Below, piece by piece: positions 28,437-36,854 of a stretch of 64,000 nucleotides of DNA (position 1 is the stretch's first letter; every line of letters starts with the position of its first letter). The DNA lies in contig JBFIJL010000002.1 of NCBI GenBank assembly GCA_041600755.1, forward strand, positions 144,850 to 208,849, in the 5' to 3' direction. This stretch comes from Candidatus Saccharimonadales bacterium (GTDB lineage: Bacteria; Patescibacteriota; Saccharimonadia; Saccharimonadales; JAXHNE01). The notes under the pieces were generated by a model. That model did no database searches. It saw only the letters and a list, made by a program, of their open reading frames with translations, and was not told the origin of the DNA. The translations under genes and the position numbers were made by a program.

Positions 28437-29111
28437 ATGTATAGATTTGATACACTAGCCACAACTATGGCCTTATTTCAGAAAAATCCGTTCAGCGAAG
28501 ATGTCGGCAAACAACTTTACAGTTTTGGACATACCAAGACAATGCTGGTTGTGGGGCTTGGAAATGTCGGCAAGAAGTATGAGCTCACTCGGCATAACTT
28601 GGGTTTTTTAACTGTCGATCATTTTGCAGTGAATAACGACTTCCCAGGCTGGATAGAAAAAAAAGACACCAGGTGTCTGTTGACCAAAAAAACTATGGGT
28701 GAAACGGAGGTGATTTTAATTAAGCCAACCACCATGATGAACCTCAGCGGCGAAGCAGTACAGGCGATTTCCCACTTTTATAAAATTCCTACAGAGCATA
28801 TATTGGTCGTCCACGACGAGCTAGACATTAACTTTGGGCAAATCAGGACCAAAACTGGTGGTGGGGCAGCAGGCCACAACGGGATCAAAAGCGTTACACA
28901 GCACCTAGGTGAAAACTATGGACGGATTCGGATTGGCGTGAACTCTCCGGACCGCCCCGAACAGATGGACAGTGCCGATTACGTCCTAGCAAGCCTTTCA
29001 AAATCCGAACAGGCAGAGCTTCCACACCTCAACCGTGAAGTTGCAAGCATCTTAACCGAAACAATCTACAGCGGCACGTTGGCTACTGAAACCCGTAATT
29101 TTATTATCTAG
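28437..29111 (+). CDS. pth: peptidyl-tRNA hydrolase
   Basis: LVVGLGNVGKKYELTRHNLGF and HDELD motifs. The true start may be an internal ATG (for example 28467). Confidence 0.9.
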   Translation: MYRFDTLATTMALFQKNPFSEDVGKQLYSFGHTKTMLVVGLGNVGKKYELTRHNLGFLTVDHFAVNNDFPGWIEKKDTRCLLTKKTMGETEVILIKPTTMMNLSGEAVQAISHFYKIPTEHILVVHDELDINFGQIRTKTGGGAAGHNGIKSVTQHLGENYGRIRIGVNSPDRPEQMDSADYVLASLSKSEQAELPHLNREVASILTETIYSGTLATETRNFII

Positions 29112-29431
29112 AAAAAGTCATCGGGCTGGCATGTCCGAATGCGCACTTGGAAATCTCGAATATTCACTTCCGACTCAAGATCTTCTATCGGGACACCCAG
29201 CTCCCACTGCATACTTTCTAATGTTGATAAGTGTGTCTGGATTTCAATTTGCTCTGCATCCGAAATGCTATCCTCTAGTGAAACCATTTGTAGATTTAAG
29301 CGGCTATTTTTTATAGCGCGCAGCAGCCAAGACTCGCTGAGCACCCAACTCATAGGCAAATCGCCATATCCAAGCGCTGCACTTTCGCCAGGAGATGTGA
29401 AAACTGTGTCATTCTCGCGCTCAAACTTCAT
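29108..29431 (-). CDS. small acidic hypothetical protein (third of three)
   Basis: An ORF rich in D/E. The ATG at 29431 lies inside the last codons of the upstream gene (ATGAAGTTTGA overlap), which suggests translational coupling. Confidence 0.45.
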   Translation of the reverse strand: MKFERENDTVFTSPGESAALGYGDLPMSWVLSESWLLRAIKNSRLNLQMVSLEDSISDAEQIEIQTHLSTLESMQWELGVPIEDLESEVNIRDFQVRIRTCQPDDFF

Positions 29432-29798
29432 AGATCTGATCCGTACCTTCCTGATATTCCTGCTCAGCAACAGTCTCTCTAAAGATCGACAAAGACATGG
29501 CTTCGTCTTCCAGCAAAGAATCCAGTTGCTTTACTTCATCCAACATCTCATCAAGCAACCAAATTTCGTCAGCACATTCATCCAGGAATTGACGCAATGC
29601 ACTACTTGATGACTCATAAGACTCGTAGGACTCTTGATCTTGGATTAGTCCCACAAGGCAATATCTACGGACTGGTAGTATATTTTTCAGTGCACCAATT
29701 GCATCCTCAACCAACTCAACAGGCTCAAATTCAAAGCCTACAACCTTTGCCTCGTGCTCATTTAGAGTCAGAGTACGAGTAAAATAATCAAAATTCAC
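29421..29798 (-). CDS. small acidic hypothetical protein (second of three)
   Basis: 125 aa and very acidic (EDE, DE runs). It contains FEFEPVELVE. Confidence 0.45.
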   Translation of the reverse strand: MNFDYFTRTLTLNEHEAKVVGFEFEPVELVEDAIGALKNILPVRRYCLVGLIQDQESYESYESSSSALRQFLDECADEIWLLDEMLDEVKQLDSLLEDEAMSLSIFRETVAEQEYQEGTDQIYEV

Positions 29799-29850
29799 GA
29801 GTATAGACCCCTATTTACAAGCACAAATACTAACGAAGCAATGCCTTGAA

Positions 29851-30168
29851 TCACTCCGAAGCCTCTCTTATGAATTTATCGTAATCCAGATCAACAGTCT
29901 TGATATTGCTAATGTATTCAACCAATTGCTCTGAAGCTAGCAACAGAACACGTCTAGTATGTTCTGCCCGCTGTCGAGCAGTCATGGCATCTGCCGAAGA
30001 ATGAAACATGTAGACAGACTTGCCCTCATCAATATCGGCAATACGATCCACAATTAAGTGCAGAAAATCTTCAGAATTAGCAAATGCTAGTAGATCGCCC
30101 GGTGCCGGCACTGCTCGTTGCTCTACAGGTTCGAGCTCCCAGGACTGTGTTTCAAAATTTGGACGCAT
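29851..30168 (-). CDS. small acidic hypothetical protein (first of three)
   Basis: The ATG at 30168 has GGAG 10 nt upstream. The 23-codon N-terminal extension in the ORF track is the translation of a terminator hairpin. The protein contains WELEPVEQ. Confidence 0.45.
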   Translation of the reverse strand: MRPNFETQSWELEPVEQRAVPAPGDLLAFANSEDFLHLIVDRIADIDEGKSVYMFHSSADAMTARQRAEHTRRVLLLASEQLVEYISNIKTVDLDYDKFIREASE

Positions 30169-30185
30169 ATATTTTTTACTCCAAC

Positions 30186-30231
30186 AATATATAAAAGAGC
30201 CTCCAGAGGGGGTGGGCACCGCTGGAGGCTC
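30186..30231 (-). terminator. intrinsic terminator (10-bp perfect GC-rich stem plus T-tract)
   Basis: The minus strand reads GAGCCTCCAG-cggtgcccaccccct-CTGGAGGCTC-TTTTATATATT. Confidence 0.75.
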
Positions 30232-30628
30232 ATTCAAGCAGCCAATAGCCTTGGCTTATTAATCATAGCCGGAGAGCTCTGTTCTCGCAAAAGTACAGAC
30301 CTCTCCAGTTTTTGAACGACTTCGCTAAAAATCGTCCATCCACCCTTCAACCCACACCCGGCAAAGCGTGTACAACGTACGCATTGACGGTCACGCATCG
30401 TCCCGAGAGACGAATACTGGATATTTGCCATTGAATTGTAGTTAAAGGGGTTAGTTTGTTTTAGAACGGTGCCACTCCGAAGAGAGCAGCAAATGAAAAA
30501 GCGGAGGGTAACAACTTGATCGCACGCTCTAAAACAACCTAACAAAACCATTCTTTCAAGTAAACTTGAAATTCAGGTGTTAGAATTGGGGGTATAAGGT
30601 GCATAAAACGCCTTAACGACGCTTACAA
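30186..30628 (-). ncRNA. candidate structured RNA (~440 nt) of unknown class, or a long structured leader of the acidic-protein operon
   Basis: No credible ORF is present. TGcTAGTAT (-10 at 30635-30640, minus) lies upstream. Several nested helices are present, including an 8-bp long-range pair, a C(UUCG)G hairpin and an 11/12-bp hairpin. The region ends in the intrinsic terminator. Confidence 0.4.
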
Positions 30629-30682
30629 GTTGCAATACTAGCAAATTTGTGACGATATGTCAATACTAAAAAACATTTTATT

Positions 30683-31540
30683 ATGAAATGCAAGACGCTT
30701 ATGCTTTCAAAATCTGAGATGCCTGAACAGCTTCGTCAGATTCCGGATCCTCCGGAAAAACTCTATGTGCGTGGCAACCTTACAAACTGCCTGACTGCAC
30801 CGCTCCTCGCTGTTGTAGGGAGCAGAAAAGTATCAACTTACGGACGACAAGTAACAAGCAAGCTGGTAAGAGGTGTTGCGGGGCAGGGGGTTGGCATCGT
30901 TAGTGGGTTGGCGCTTGGAGTAGATGGACTAGCTCACAGTGCAGCACTTGAAATGAGCGCACCAACAATTGCTGTTATGCCGTGTGGTCTGGACGCCATC
31001 TATCCACAAAGCCATTTTCATATGGCCAAACAAATCCTAGAAAGCGGGGGAGCGCTAATTAGCGAATACCCGGACGGCACACCGCCACTTAGACATCATT
31101 TTATTGCTCGAAATCGATTGGTGTCGGGCCTGGCCGATGCCGTACTAATCACTGAAGCCGCGGCCAAAAGCGGCACACTTCATACTGCCAACTTTGCGCT
31201 CGATCAAGGCAAGACCGTTCTAGCCGTTCCCGGTAATATCACCAGCGAACTAAGTCAAGGAACCAACAATTTATTAAAGGCTGGGGCGCTTATAGTGACC
31301 GAACCAGCAGACATATTACTAGCTATGGGTGTTGACGATTCTGTGTCGCAGCGAGAATTATTCGGAGATACTCCTGCCGAATCAGCTGTCCTGCAACACC
31401 TACAAGCCGGCATTACCGACAGTGCTACGCTTCAAAAAATAACTAAGCTAAGTGCAAGCGAATTTAGTCAGGCTTTGACGATGCTCGAAATTAGGGGAAT
31501 TATAAAAAATCATGGCAGTGGGCAGTGGTCAACTAGATAG
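30683..31540 (+). CDS. dprA: DNA-processing protein DprA
   Basis: VVGSRKVS.YG, SGLALGVDGLAHSAAL and GTLHTANFALDQGKTVLAVPG motifs. Confidence 0.9.
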   Translation: MKCKTLMLSKSEMPEQLRQIPDPPEKLYVRGNLTNCLTAPLLAVVGSRKVSTYGRQVTSKLVRGVAGQGVGIVSGLALGVDGLAHSAALEMSAPTIAVMPCGLDAIYPQSHFHMAKQILESGGALISEYPDGTPPLRHHFIARNRLVSGLADAVLITEAAAKSGTLHTANFALDQGKTVLAVPGNITSELSQGTNNLLKAGALIVTEPADILLAMGVDDSVSQRELFGDTPAESAVLQHLQAGITDSATLQKITKLSASEFSQALTMLEIRGIIKNHGSGQWSTR

Positions 31541-31678
31541 GCTCTCTTACTGAATTTTTAACAGATCAATGTGTAGCGCTACGTCAGTTATCGTCTTTCA
31601 TTTATAAATATAATCGATCTTCTAATTTAAAGACCCGCAACCTTGCGCTTTGCCAATAAATCATGCTAAATATGTCTC

Positions 31679-32410
31679 ATGGACGCTCGCGAGCAAGATG
31701 CAAAATTTGAGACTGGCATTTCGGTTGAAGAAATCGCGGACATTGTCGATTGCCATGAGCGCCATGCTCAGCTCTGGCAAGATAGACATTTTTGCCAAAC
31801 TTTGGGTACGATTGCGCTCATAACTCCACTAGCTCTACGTCAACACAGTTCAGCGCGGGGCGCTAAAAGAGAACGAAAAGCATATATTAATGAAACTGAG
31901 GACTTTAGAAGACAGCTAACTCAAAGTGGTCGGGACGTAGTAATCGCCTACGGTGCAACTGCGGTAGACGTTGCCGAACTAGCAGGCGACGAGCTTATCA
32001 GTGAACTTTACTTTATTGGCAATGGATCGTTCTCATCAGTCTGGACTCAAACTTTGTCAGTTTCGTGGAGAACACTTTCAGAAGCCAGTGATCACCTTAA
32101 AGAAAAAATTGTACAAAGAACCTGTGGTGGCTCAGACGATGGCATTGATCTGCCGATTGGGACATTCAACGTACAAGACCAGAGAATGATAACAACCCCT
32201 CGCTATGGACGCTCTGTGCCTGACAAAAATCCAGGCGATGAGTGTTTTATCCAGCCCTTCAATAAACCAGTGCAGTCTATTGAAGACCTCCTCAACCTGG
32301 AAGACAAGCTCAGTCGGTCAATTCATATCTCAACAAGACAAGCTCAGCTGGCAGAAGCGGCCCGCCAAAGCTTTGCTGTCGCGCTCCAGCCAATACTATC
32401 AAATATTTGA
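31679..32410 (+). CDS. hypothetical protein
   Basis: A 243-aa ORF between dprA and topA, with no recognised motif. Confidence 0.45.
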   Translation: MDAREQDAKFETGISVEEIADIVDCHERHAQLWQDRHFCQTLGTIALITPLALRQHSSARGAKRERKAYINETEDFRRQLTQSGRDVVIAYGATAVDVAELAGDELISELYFIGNGSFSSVWTQTLSVSWRTLSEASDHLKEKIVQRTCGGSDDGIDLPIGTFNVQDQRMITTPRYGRSVPDKNPGDECFIQPFNKPVQSIEDLLNLEDKLSRSIHISTRQAQLAEAARQSFAVALQPILSNI

Positions 32411-32474
32411 CTCTGACCGGTTTTAGCTATATTGTTGCTTGCCGTATACATATAAACAGGTACACTAAAAGCTA

Positions 32475-34763
32475 ATGGCAAAAAACCTCGTAATCGTAGA
32501 GTCACCCGCAAAAGCAAAGACAATAGAGAAGTATCTTGGCAAAGATTACTCTGTTAAGAGCAGCTTTGGTCATATTCGTGATTTGCCAAAAAAAGGCATC
32601 AATATTGATATAGAAAACAACTTCGAGCCAACATACGACATTAGCGCCGACAAGAAAAAAACAGTCGCAGAGCTTCGTAAGGCAGTAAAAGCCGCCGATA
32701 CAGTTTGGCTAGCAAGTGATGAAGACCGTGAAGGGGAGGCGATAGCCTGGCACCTATGTGAGGCGCTCAAGCTTGATCCAAAAGAAACTAAGCGCATTGT
32801 ATTTCATGAAATTACCAAACCGGCCATCGAGCACGCAGTAGCCAACCCACGCACCGTGAACATGCAGCTCGTAAACGCCCAGCAAGCCAGAAGAATCCTG
32901 GACCGAATTGTGGGCTACGAACTCAGCCCAGTCCTGTGGCGTAAAGTTCGCCCTGGCACCAGTGCCGGCCGCGTACAATCAGTAGCCGTAAGAATTATTG
33001 TCGAACGAGAACGCGAAGTAAAAGAATTTACGGCTGTTTCTAGCTTTAAAGTTTCAGCTATATTTGATGCCAAGGGCGCAGACCTGCCTGCAGAACTTCC
33101 TAATAAATTTGACGCCGCACCAGAAGCCAAAAAGTTCCTAGAAGCTGCCAAAGATGCAGACTTTACAATTGAAGCTATTACTAAAAAGCCTGGGAAGCGT
33201 AACCCTAGCGCGCCATTCACCACCAGCACATTGCAGCAAGAAGCCGCCAGGCGACTTGGCTTCAGCGTCAAGCAAACCATGACGCTTGCTCAGCGTCTTT
33301 ACGAAAGTGGGAAAATCACCTATATGCGTACCGACAGCACTACGCTTTCTGGAACTGCTATTAAGTCGGCTGAAGAATATATCAAGAAAACTTACGGAAA
33401 CGAATATCACCAGGTCCGACAGTACAAAACCAAAAACGACAGCGCCCAAGAGGCTCACGAAGCCATTCGACCAACAGATTTCAAGACAGAAAGCGCCGGC
33501 AGCGATCCAAGCCAAGAAAAACTATATAACTTGATTTGGCGCCGAGCTTTAGCCAGTCAGATGGCCGAAGCGGTGTTTGACCGAACCGAGATTGCCGTTG
33601 CGCTATCCAATCGTCCAGAAAAACTCCTAGCCAAAGGTGAAATCTTAAAATTTGATGGATTTATCAAGGCTTACGGCGGCGGAAAAGATGATGTACTGCT
33701 GCCGGAATTATCTGAGGGCGACAAGATAGCTCTAAATGAAATGACGGCTCATGAAACATTTAGCCAACCACCCGCTCGATATTCTGAAGCCAGCTTGGTG
33801 CGCAAGCTCGAGGAGCTTGGCATTGGCCGGCCAAGTACTTACGCTCCTACCATTTCGACAGTTCAAGCTCGTGGCTACGTAGAGAAGGTTGACGTTGAGG
33901 GCGCAGAACGAGACGCACAAAACATGCTACTTACTAATGGAACAATCACCGAAACGACCGACAAAGAGAACTTTGGAGCAGACAAAAATAAACTTGTCCC
34001 TACATCTCTCGCCAATGTCACGACCGACTTCTTGGTCAAGCACTTCTCTTCGGTCGTTGATTACGACTTCACGGCTACCGTTGAAGATGCTTTTGACAAA
34101 ATTGCCGATGGCGAACAGAAATGGCAAGAAATGCTAGCGGATTTTTATAAGAACTTTCACCCATTAATCGACGGAGCAGCCGATGTTAGCCGCGAAGAAA
34201 CAAGCCAGGCAAGGCGCCTAGGTGACGATCCAAAAGACGGACGACCAATTATTGCTCGTTACGGCCGTTACGGCCCAATGCTACAGCGCGGAGAAACAGA
34301 GTCAGAAGACAAGCCAGACTTTGCACCGATGCCGACAGGAGTTGACTTAGAGGATGTTACATTCGAGCAAGCAATGGAAATGTTTAAACTTCCTCGTCTT
34401 GTAGGCCAAACAACCGACGGCAAGGACATAAAGGCTAATATTGGCAGGTTTGGCCCCTACATCCAGGTAGAGAAGCTGTACGTATCCATTAAGCCACTCG
34501 ATCCAATGACTATTACTATTGAAGAAGCTCTGGAAATGTATGCCGATAAACTTCAAAAGGAAAAAGAAAAGCACATCAACGAATTTCCATCCGGAATCAA
34601 AGTTCTAAACGGCCAATACGGACCTTACGTAACCGACGGAAAAAAGAACGTTAAGATCAAAAAAGACCAAGATCCAAAGACTATTACCGAAGAAGAAGCC
34701 AAGGAAATGATCAAAAAAGCGCCTGCAAAAAAGAAGCGCAAAATTGTTCGCCGCAAAAAATAA
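32475..34763 (+). CDS. topA: DNA topoisomerase I
   Basis: TOPRIM domain (LVIVESPAKAKTI, ASDEDREGEAIAW) and active-site region ITYMRTDS. The C-terminal tail is Lys-rich. Confidence 0.95.
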   Translation: MAKNLVIVESPAKAKTIEKYLGKDYSVKSSFGHIRDLPKKGINIDIENNFEPTYDISADKKKTVAELRKAVKAADTVWLASDEDREGEAIAWHLCEALKLDPKETKRIVFHEITKPAIEHAVANPRTVNMQLVNAQQARRILDRIVGYELSPVLWRKVRPGTSAGRVQSVAVRIIVEREREVKEFTAVSSFKVSAIFDAKGADLPAELPNKFDAAPEAKKFLEAAKDADFTIEAITKKPGKRNPSAPFTTSTLQQEAARRLGFSVKQTMTLAQRLYESGKITYMRTDSTTLSGTAIKSAEEYIKKTYGNEYHQVRQYKTKNDSAQEAHEAIRPTDFKTESAGSDPSQEKLYNLIWRRALASQMAEAVFDRTEIAVALSNRPEKLLAKGEILKFDGFIKAYGGGKDDVLLPELSEGDKIALNEMTAHETFSQPPARYSEASLVRKLEELGIGRPSTYAPTISTVQARGYVEKVDVEGAERDAQNMLLTNGTITETTDKENFGADKNKLVPTSLANVTTDFLVKHFSSVVDYDFTATVEDAFDKIADGEQKWQEMLADFYKNFHPLIDGAADVSREETSQARRLGDDPKDGRPIIARYGRYGPMLQRGETESEDKPDFAPMPTGVDLEDVTFEQAMEMFKLPRLVGQTTDGKDIKANIGRFGPYIQVEKLYVSIKPLDPMTITIEEALEMYADKLQKEKEKHINEFPSGIKVLNGQYGPYVTDGKKNVKIKKDQDPKTITEEEAKEMIKKAPAKKKRKIVRRKK

Positions 34764-34795
34764 CAACACAGGGCGCCAGCCAAAAATACTTTTAC

Positions 34796-34826
34796 ACAAC
34801 TTGCAACCAGGTCAAGTTGTTTTGTA
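34796..34826 (+). terminator. intrinsic terminator of topA
   Basis: ACAACTTG-caaccaggt-CAAGTTGT-TTTGT. Confidence 0.7.
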
Positions 34827-34961
34827 GTGATATTGGTATCCATTTTGTCTGCAATTCTGTCTAGAATGTGCTAAAATAAGATAAGTGGGGAAACACCTTG
34901 ACATTAACTGTCTTATGTTATAAAATTATACAAATATCGAATAGTAATTAAGGATAAAAGT

Positions 34962-35996
34962 ATGGCTGACCAGCAAGCAACTTTACAGACAAAAGCAATC
35001 GTAAACGACATCTTAAACACGATAGATCGTGACCGAGAGCGCGAAATCATCTCGCGACGTTTTGGACTCTTCGATCGAAAAGAAACTTTGGAACAAATTG
35101 GTGAACTGCTAGGAATTACACGCGAACGAGTTCGTCAGCTCGAAAAAGCTATAGTTGCTAGACTCAAGGCACAGGCCAGTGAAGGGGACTTACCCCATGT
35201 TGCTGACGTACAGCAGCGTATTATTAAGCAACTCCAGCTCAGTGGCAACGTAGCGCGTGTCAGCGCACTAACAGAAGCTATCGCAGACGACACAAGCAAG
35301 ATAGGGCAGTCACGTGTTGCATTTCTAGCTCAACTAAGCCCACGGCTCAGCTATGTCGATGAAAACGATCACTTCCACCACTCTGTTGCAATTCGCGAAG
35401 TGCATGATGAAAAATCTGTAAAAGACAACGTCAAAAAAATCATTGACGCCATCAAGGGCATTGGTGAGCCAACGGAAATTAAGCCAATTGCGGAATCTGC
35501 AGGACATGATGACCATGTGCACGCCGCAGCGCTAGCTAGCACCAGCAAGAAACTTGCAACACTCAATAACCGTTGGGGACTCATAAAATGGCCAATGGTT
35601 AATCCGAAAAATATTCGCGATAAAATCTATGTCATCTTGCACGACACCGGCAAGCACATGCACTTCAACGAAATTGCCGAAGCGATTAAGGACAGTGACT
35701 TTAAGCGAAAAGAAGTTACTACGCAGGCGATCCACAATGAACTCATCAAAGATAAGCGCTTCGTACTCATCGGTCGTGGCATCTATGCCTTAAAAGAATG
35801 GGGCTTCAAAAAGGGAACTGTTTCTGACGTAATTATAGATGTTCTCCAAAAGGCAGGTGAGCCACTTCACCGCGACGATATCGTTCGCGAGGTCCTCAAG
35901 AGCCGTAAAGTTAAAGAAACGACTATCCTCCTTAACCTCCAGGGCAAAGACCAGTTCAAGCGCGTTGCAAAAGCCACCTACGCTCTCGCAGAATAA
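34962..35996 (+). CDS. sigma-70 region-4-like HTH protein with two C-terminal HARE-HTH-like domains
   Basis: ETLEQIGELLGITRERVRQLEKAIVARLK matches sigma70_r4. FNEIAEAI..DKRFVLIGRGIYALKEWGF and a second similar segment resemble HARE-HTH. The promoter is TTGACA plus TGtTATAAA. Confidence 0.65.
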   Translation: MADQQATLQTKAIVNDILNTIDRDREREIISRRFGLFDRKETLEQIGELLGITRERVRQLEKAIVARLKAQASEGDLPHVADVQQRIIKQLQLSGNVARVSALTEAIADDTSKIGQSRVAFLAQLSPRLSYVDENDHFHHSVAIREVHDEKSVKDNVKKIIDAIKGIGEPTEIKPIAESAGHDDHVHAAALASTSKKLATLNNRWGLIKWPMVNPKNIRDKIYVILHDTGKHMHFNEIAEAIKDSDFKRKEVTTQAIHNELIKDKRFVLIGRGIYALKEWGFKKGTVSDVIIDVLQKAGEPLHRDDIVREVLKSRKVKETTILLNLQGKDQFKRVAKATYALAE

Positions 35997-36013
35997 CAAG
36001 AAATAACCATTCC

Positions 36014-36610
36014 ATGTACGCACACGATTCTATTTTGCGCGGCGAAGCGGGCGATACGACTGTTTCGGTTGCAAAAGCTCTATTAGCGGCCGATCCTGGA
36101 ACTTATCATGCCGCAATAACACCTTCCGGTCTTTCTTCTGATGCGTTAGATGTTCTTGATGACGGGGTTCTTAACAGTACACCACACTGTACTAGCCACG
36201 AGCAAAACTTACTAAAATCTGAAAAATTCGCTGCACTAATTGCCTTCATGGTTCAATCGGAGGAAGAATCTCTTACTACCAGCATCAGAGCAAAAAATAC
36301 TTCAATTCATCCACATATAGACCTAACCACAATCTTCAGACATCTTGGCTGGAGCCTAAGAACTGACAAAATTCCCGCTTCGCGAACGTTTCATGTACTT
36401 AATCATACCGAGAATAACCCTAGACCGACCTTACCGGAGCTATACAACGTAGTTGAGAAGGCTAAACAATCAGAAACATTCGCCCCGCTTACTCCAGTAG
36501 AGCAGAGACGCGGAGACATAGTCTTATTTAATAACGGACATCAACCAACAGTACATGCAGTCCAAGGGTATGGCAGGGCAATCGTTGGCCTTGCTGCTCT
36601 AATAAATTAG
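36014..36610 (+). CDS. hypothetical protein
   Basis: A 198-aa ORF. GDIVLF..GH..HAV is faintly NlpC/P60-like but not convincing. Confidence 0.4.
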   Translation: MYAHDSILRGEAGDTTVSVAKALLAADPGTYHAAITPSGLSSDALDVLDDGVLNSTPHCTSHEQNLLKSEKFAALIAFMVQSEEESLTTSIRAKNTSIHPHIDLTTIFRHLGWSLRTDKIPASRTFHVLNHTENNPRPTLPELYNVVEKAKQSETFAPLTPVEQRRGDIVLFNNGHQPTVHAVQGYGRAIVGLAALIN

Positions 36611-36826
36611 ATCTACAAATAATAGACAAAATACGAACAGAACGCTCATTGGACACAAAGTTACAAATCATGGGCCTATAAGTGGAATTACGTAATTTCA
36701 GGTCCAAGATTGTACTGAAGCCAGTAAGTGGGGGTCATAATTTAATTAGTAAGCAGTACTCCAAGAATCGTCTAGAAAATTAGAGGGTAGGCAGCAAAGC
36801 AGAGTAGCAATCCTGAAATAGACATG

Positions 36827-36854
36827 ACGTCGCACAATGTATATTTTGCGACGC
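36827..36854. other. dif-like site (candidate Xer recombination site)
   Basis: ACGTCGCACAA-TGTATA-TTTTGCGACGC. The arms are 10/11-bp inverted repeats around a 6-bp centre identical to that of E. coli dif. It lies in the convergent strand-switch gap. Confidence 0.35.

Noticed and set aside
29851-30237. The ORF-track start at 30237 for the first acidic protein (MNEPPAVPTPSGGSFIYCWSKKY...).
   Set aside because: Those 23 codons are the translation of the 10-bp-stem terminator hairpin and its T-tract. An ATG at 30168 with GGAG 10 nt upstream is a far better start.
30234-30551. The 105-aa minus-strand ORF in the dprA upstream gap as a protein-coding gene.
   Set aside because: The product is Cys/Arg-rich with no secondary-structure-like periodicity, and there is no ribosome-binding site. 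The ORF runs through the strongly paired helices and into the terminator region, so it is better explained as a non-coding structured RNA.
30186-30628. Assigning the structured RNA to a known class (RNase P RNA, tmRNA, SRP RNA, T-box leader).
   Set aside because: There is no GAGGAAAGUCC-type CR-I. The ACAGA..CCGGCUAU resemblance to CR-V lies inside a local hairpin, not a P4 context. There is no tRNA-like GGUUCGA..CCA end or tag ORF as in tmRNA. The helix resembling SRP helix 8 (CUC-CGAA-GAG-AGCAGCA on +) lacks the conserved 5' AGG of the symmetric loop. GGAGUGGCACCGU resembles the T-box core (9/12) but lies about 250 nt from the terminator, and the downstream genes are not aminoacyl-tRNA related. 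All comparisons were by eye, so cmscan should still be run.
36014-36610. Calling the 198-aa protein an NlpC/P60 or CHAP peptidase.
   Set aside because: Only a loose GDIVLF...H resemblance and one upstream Cys are present. That is not enough to support the call without a profile search.
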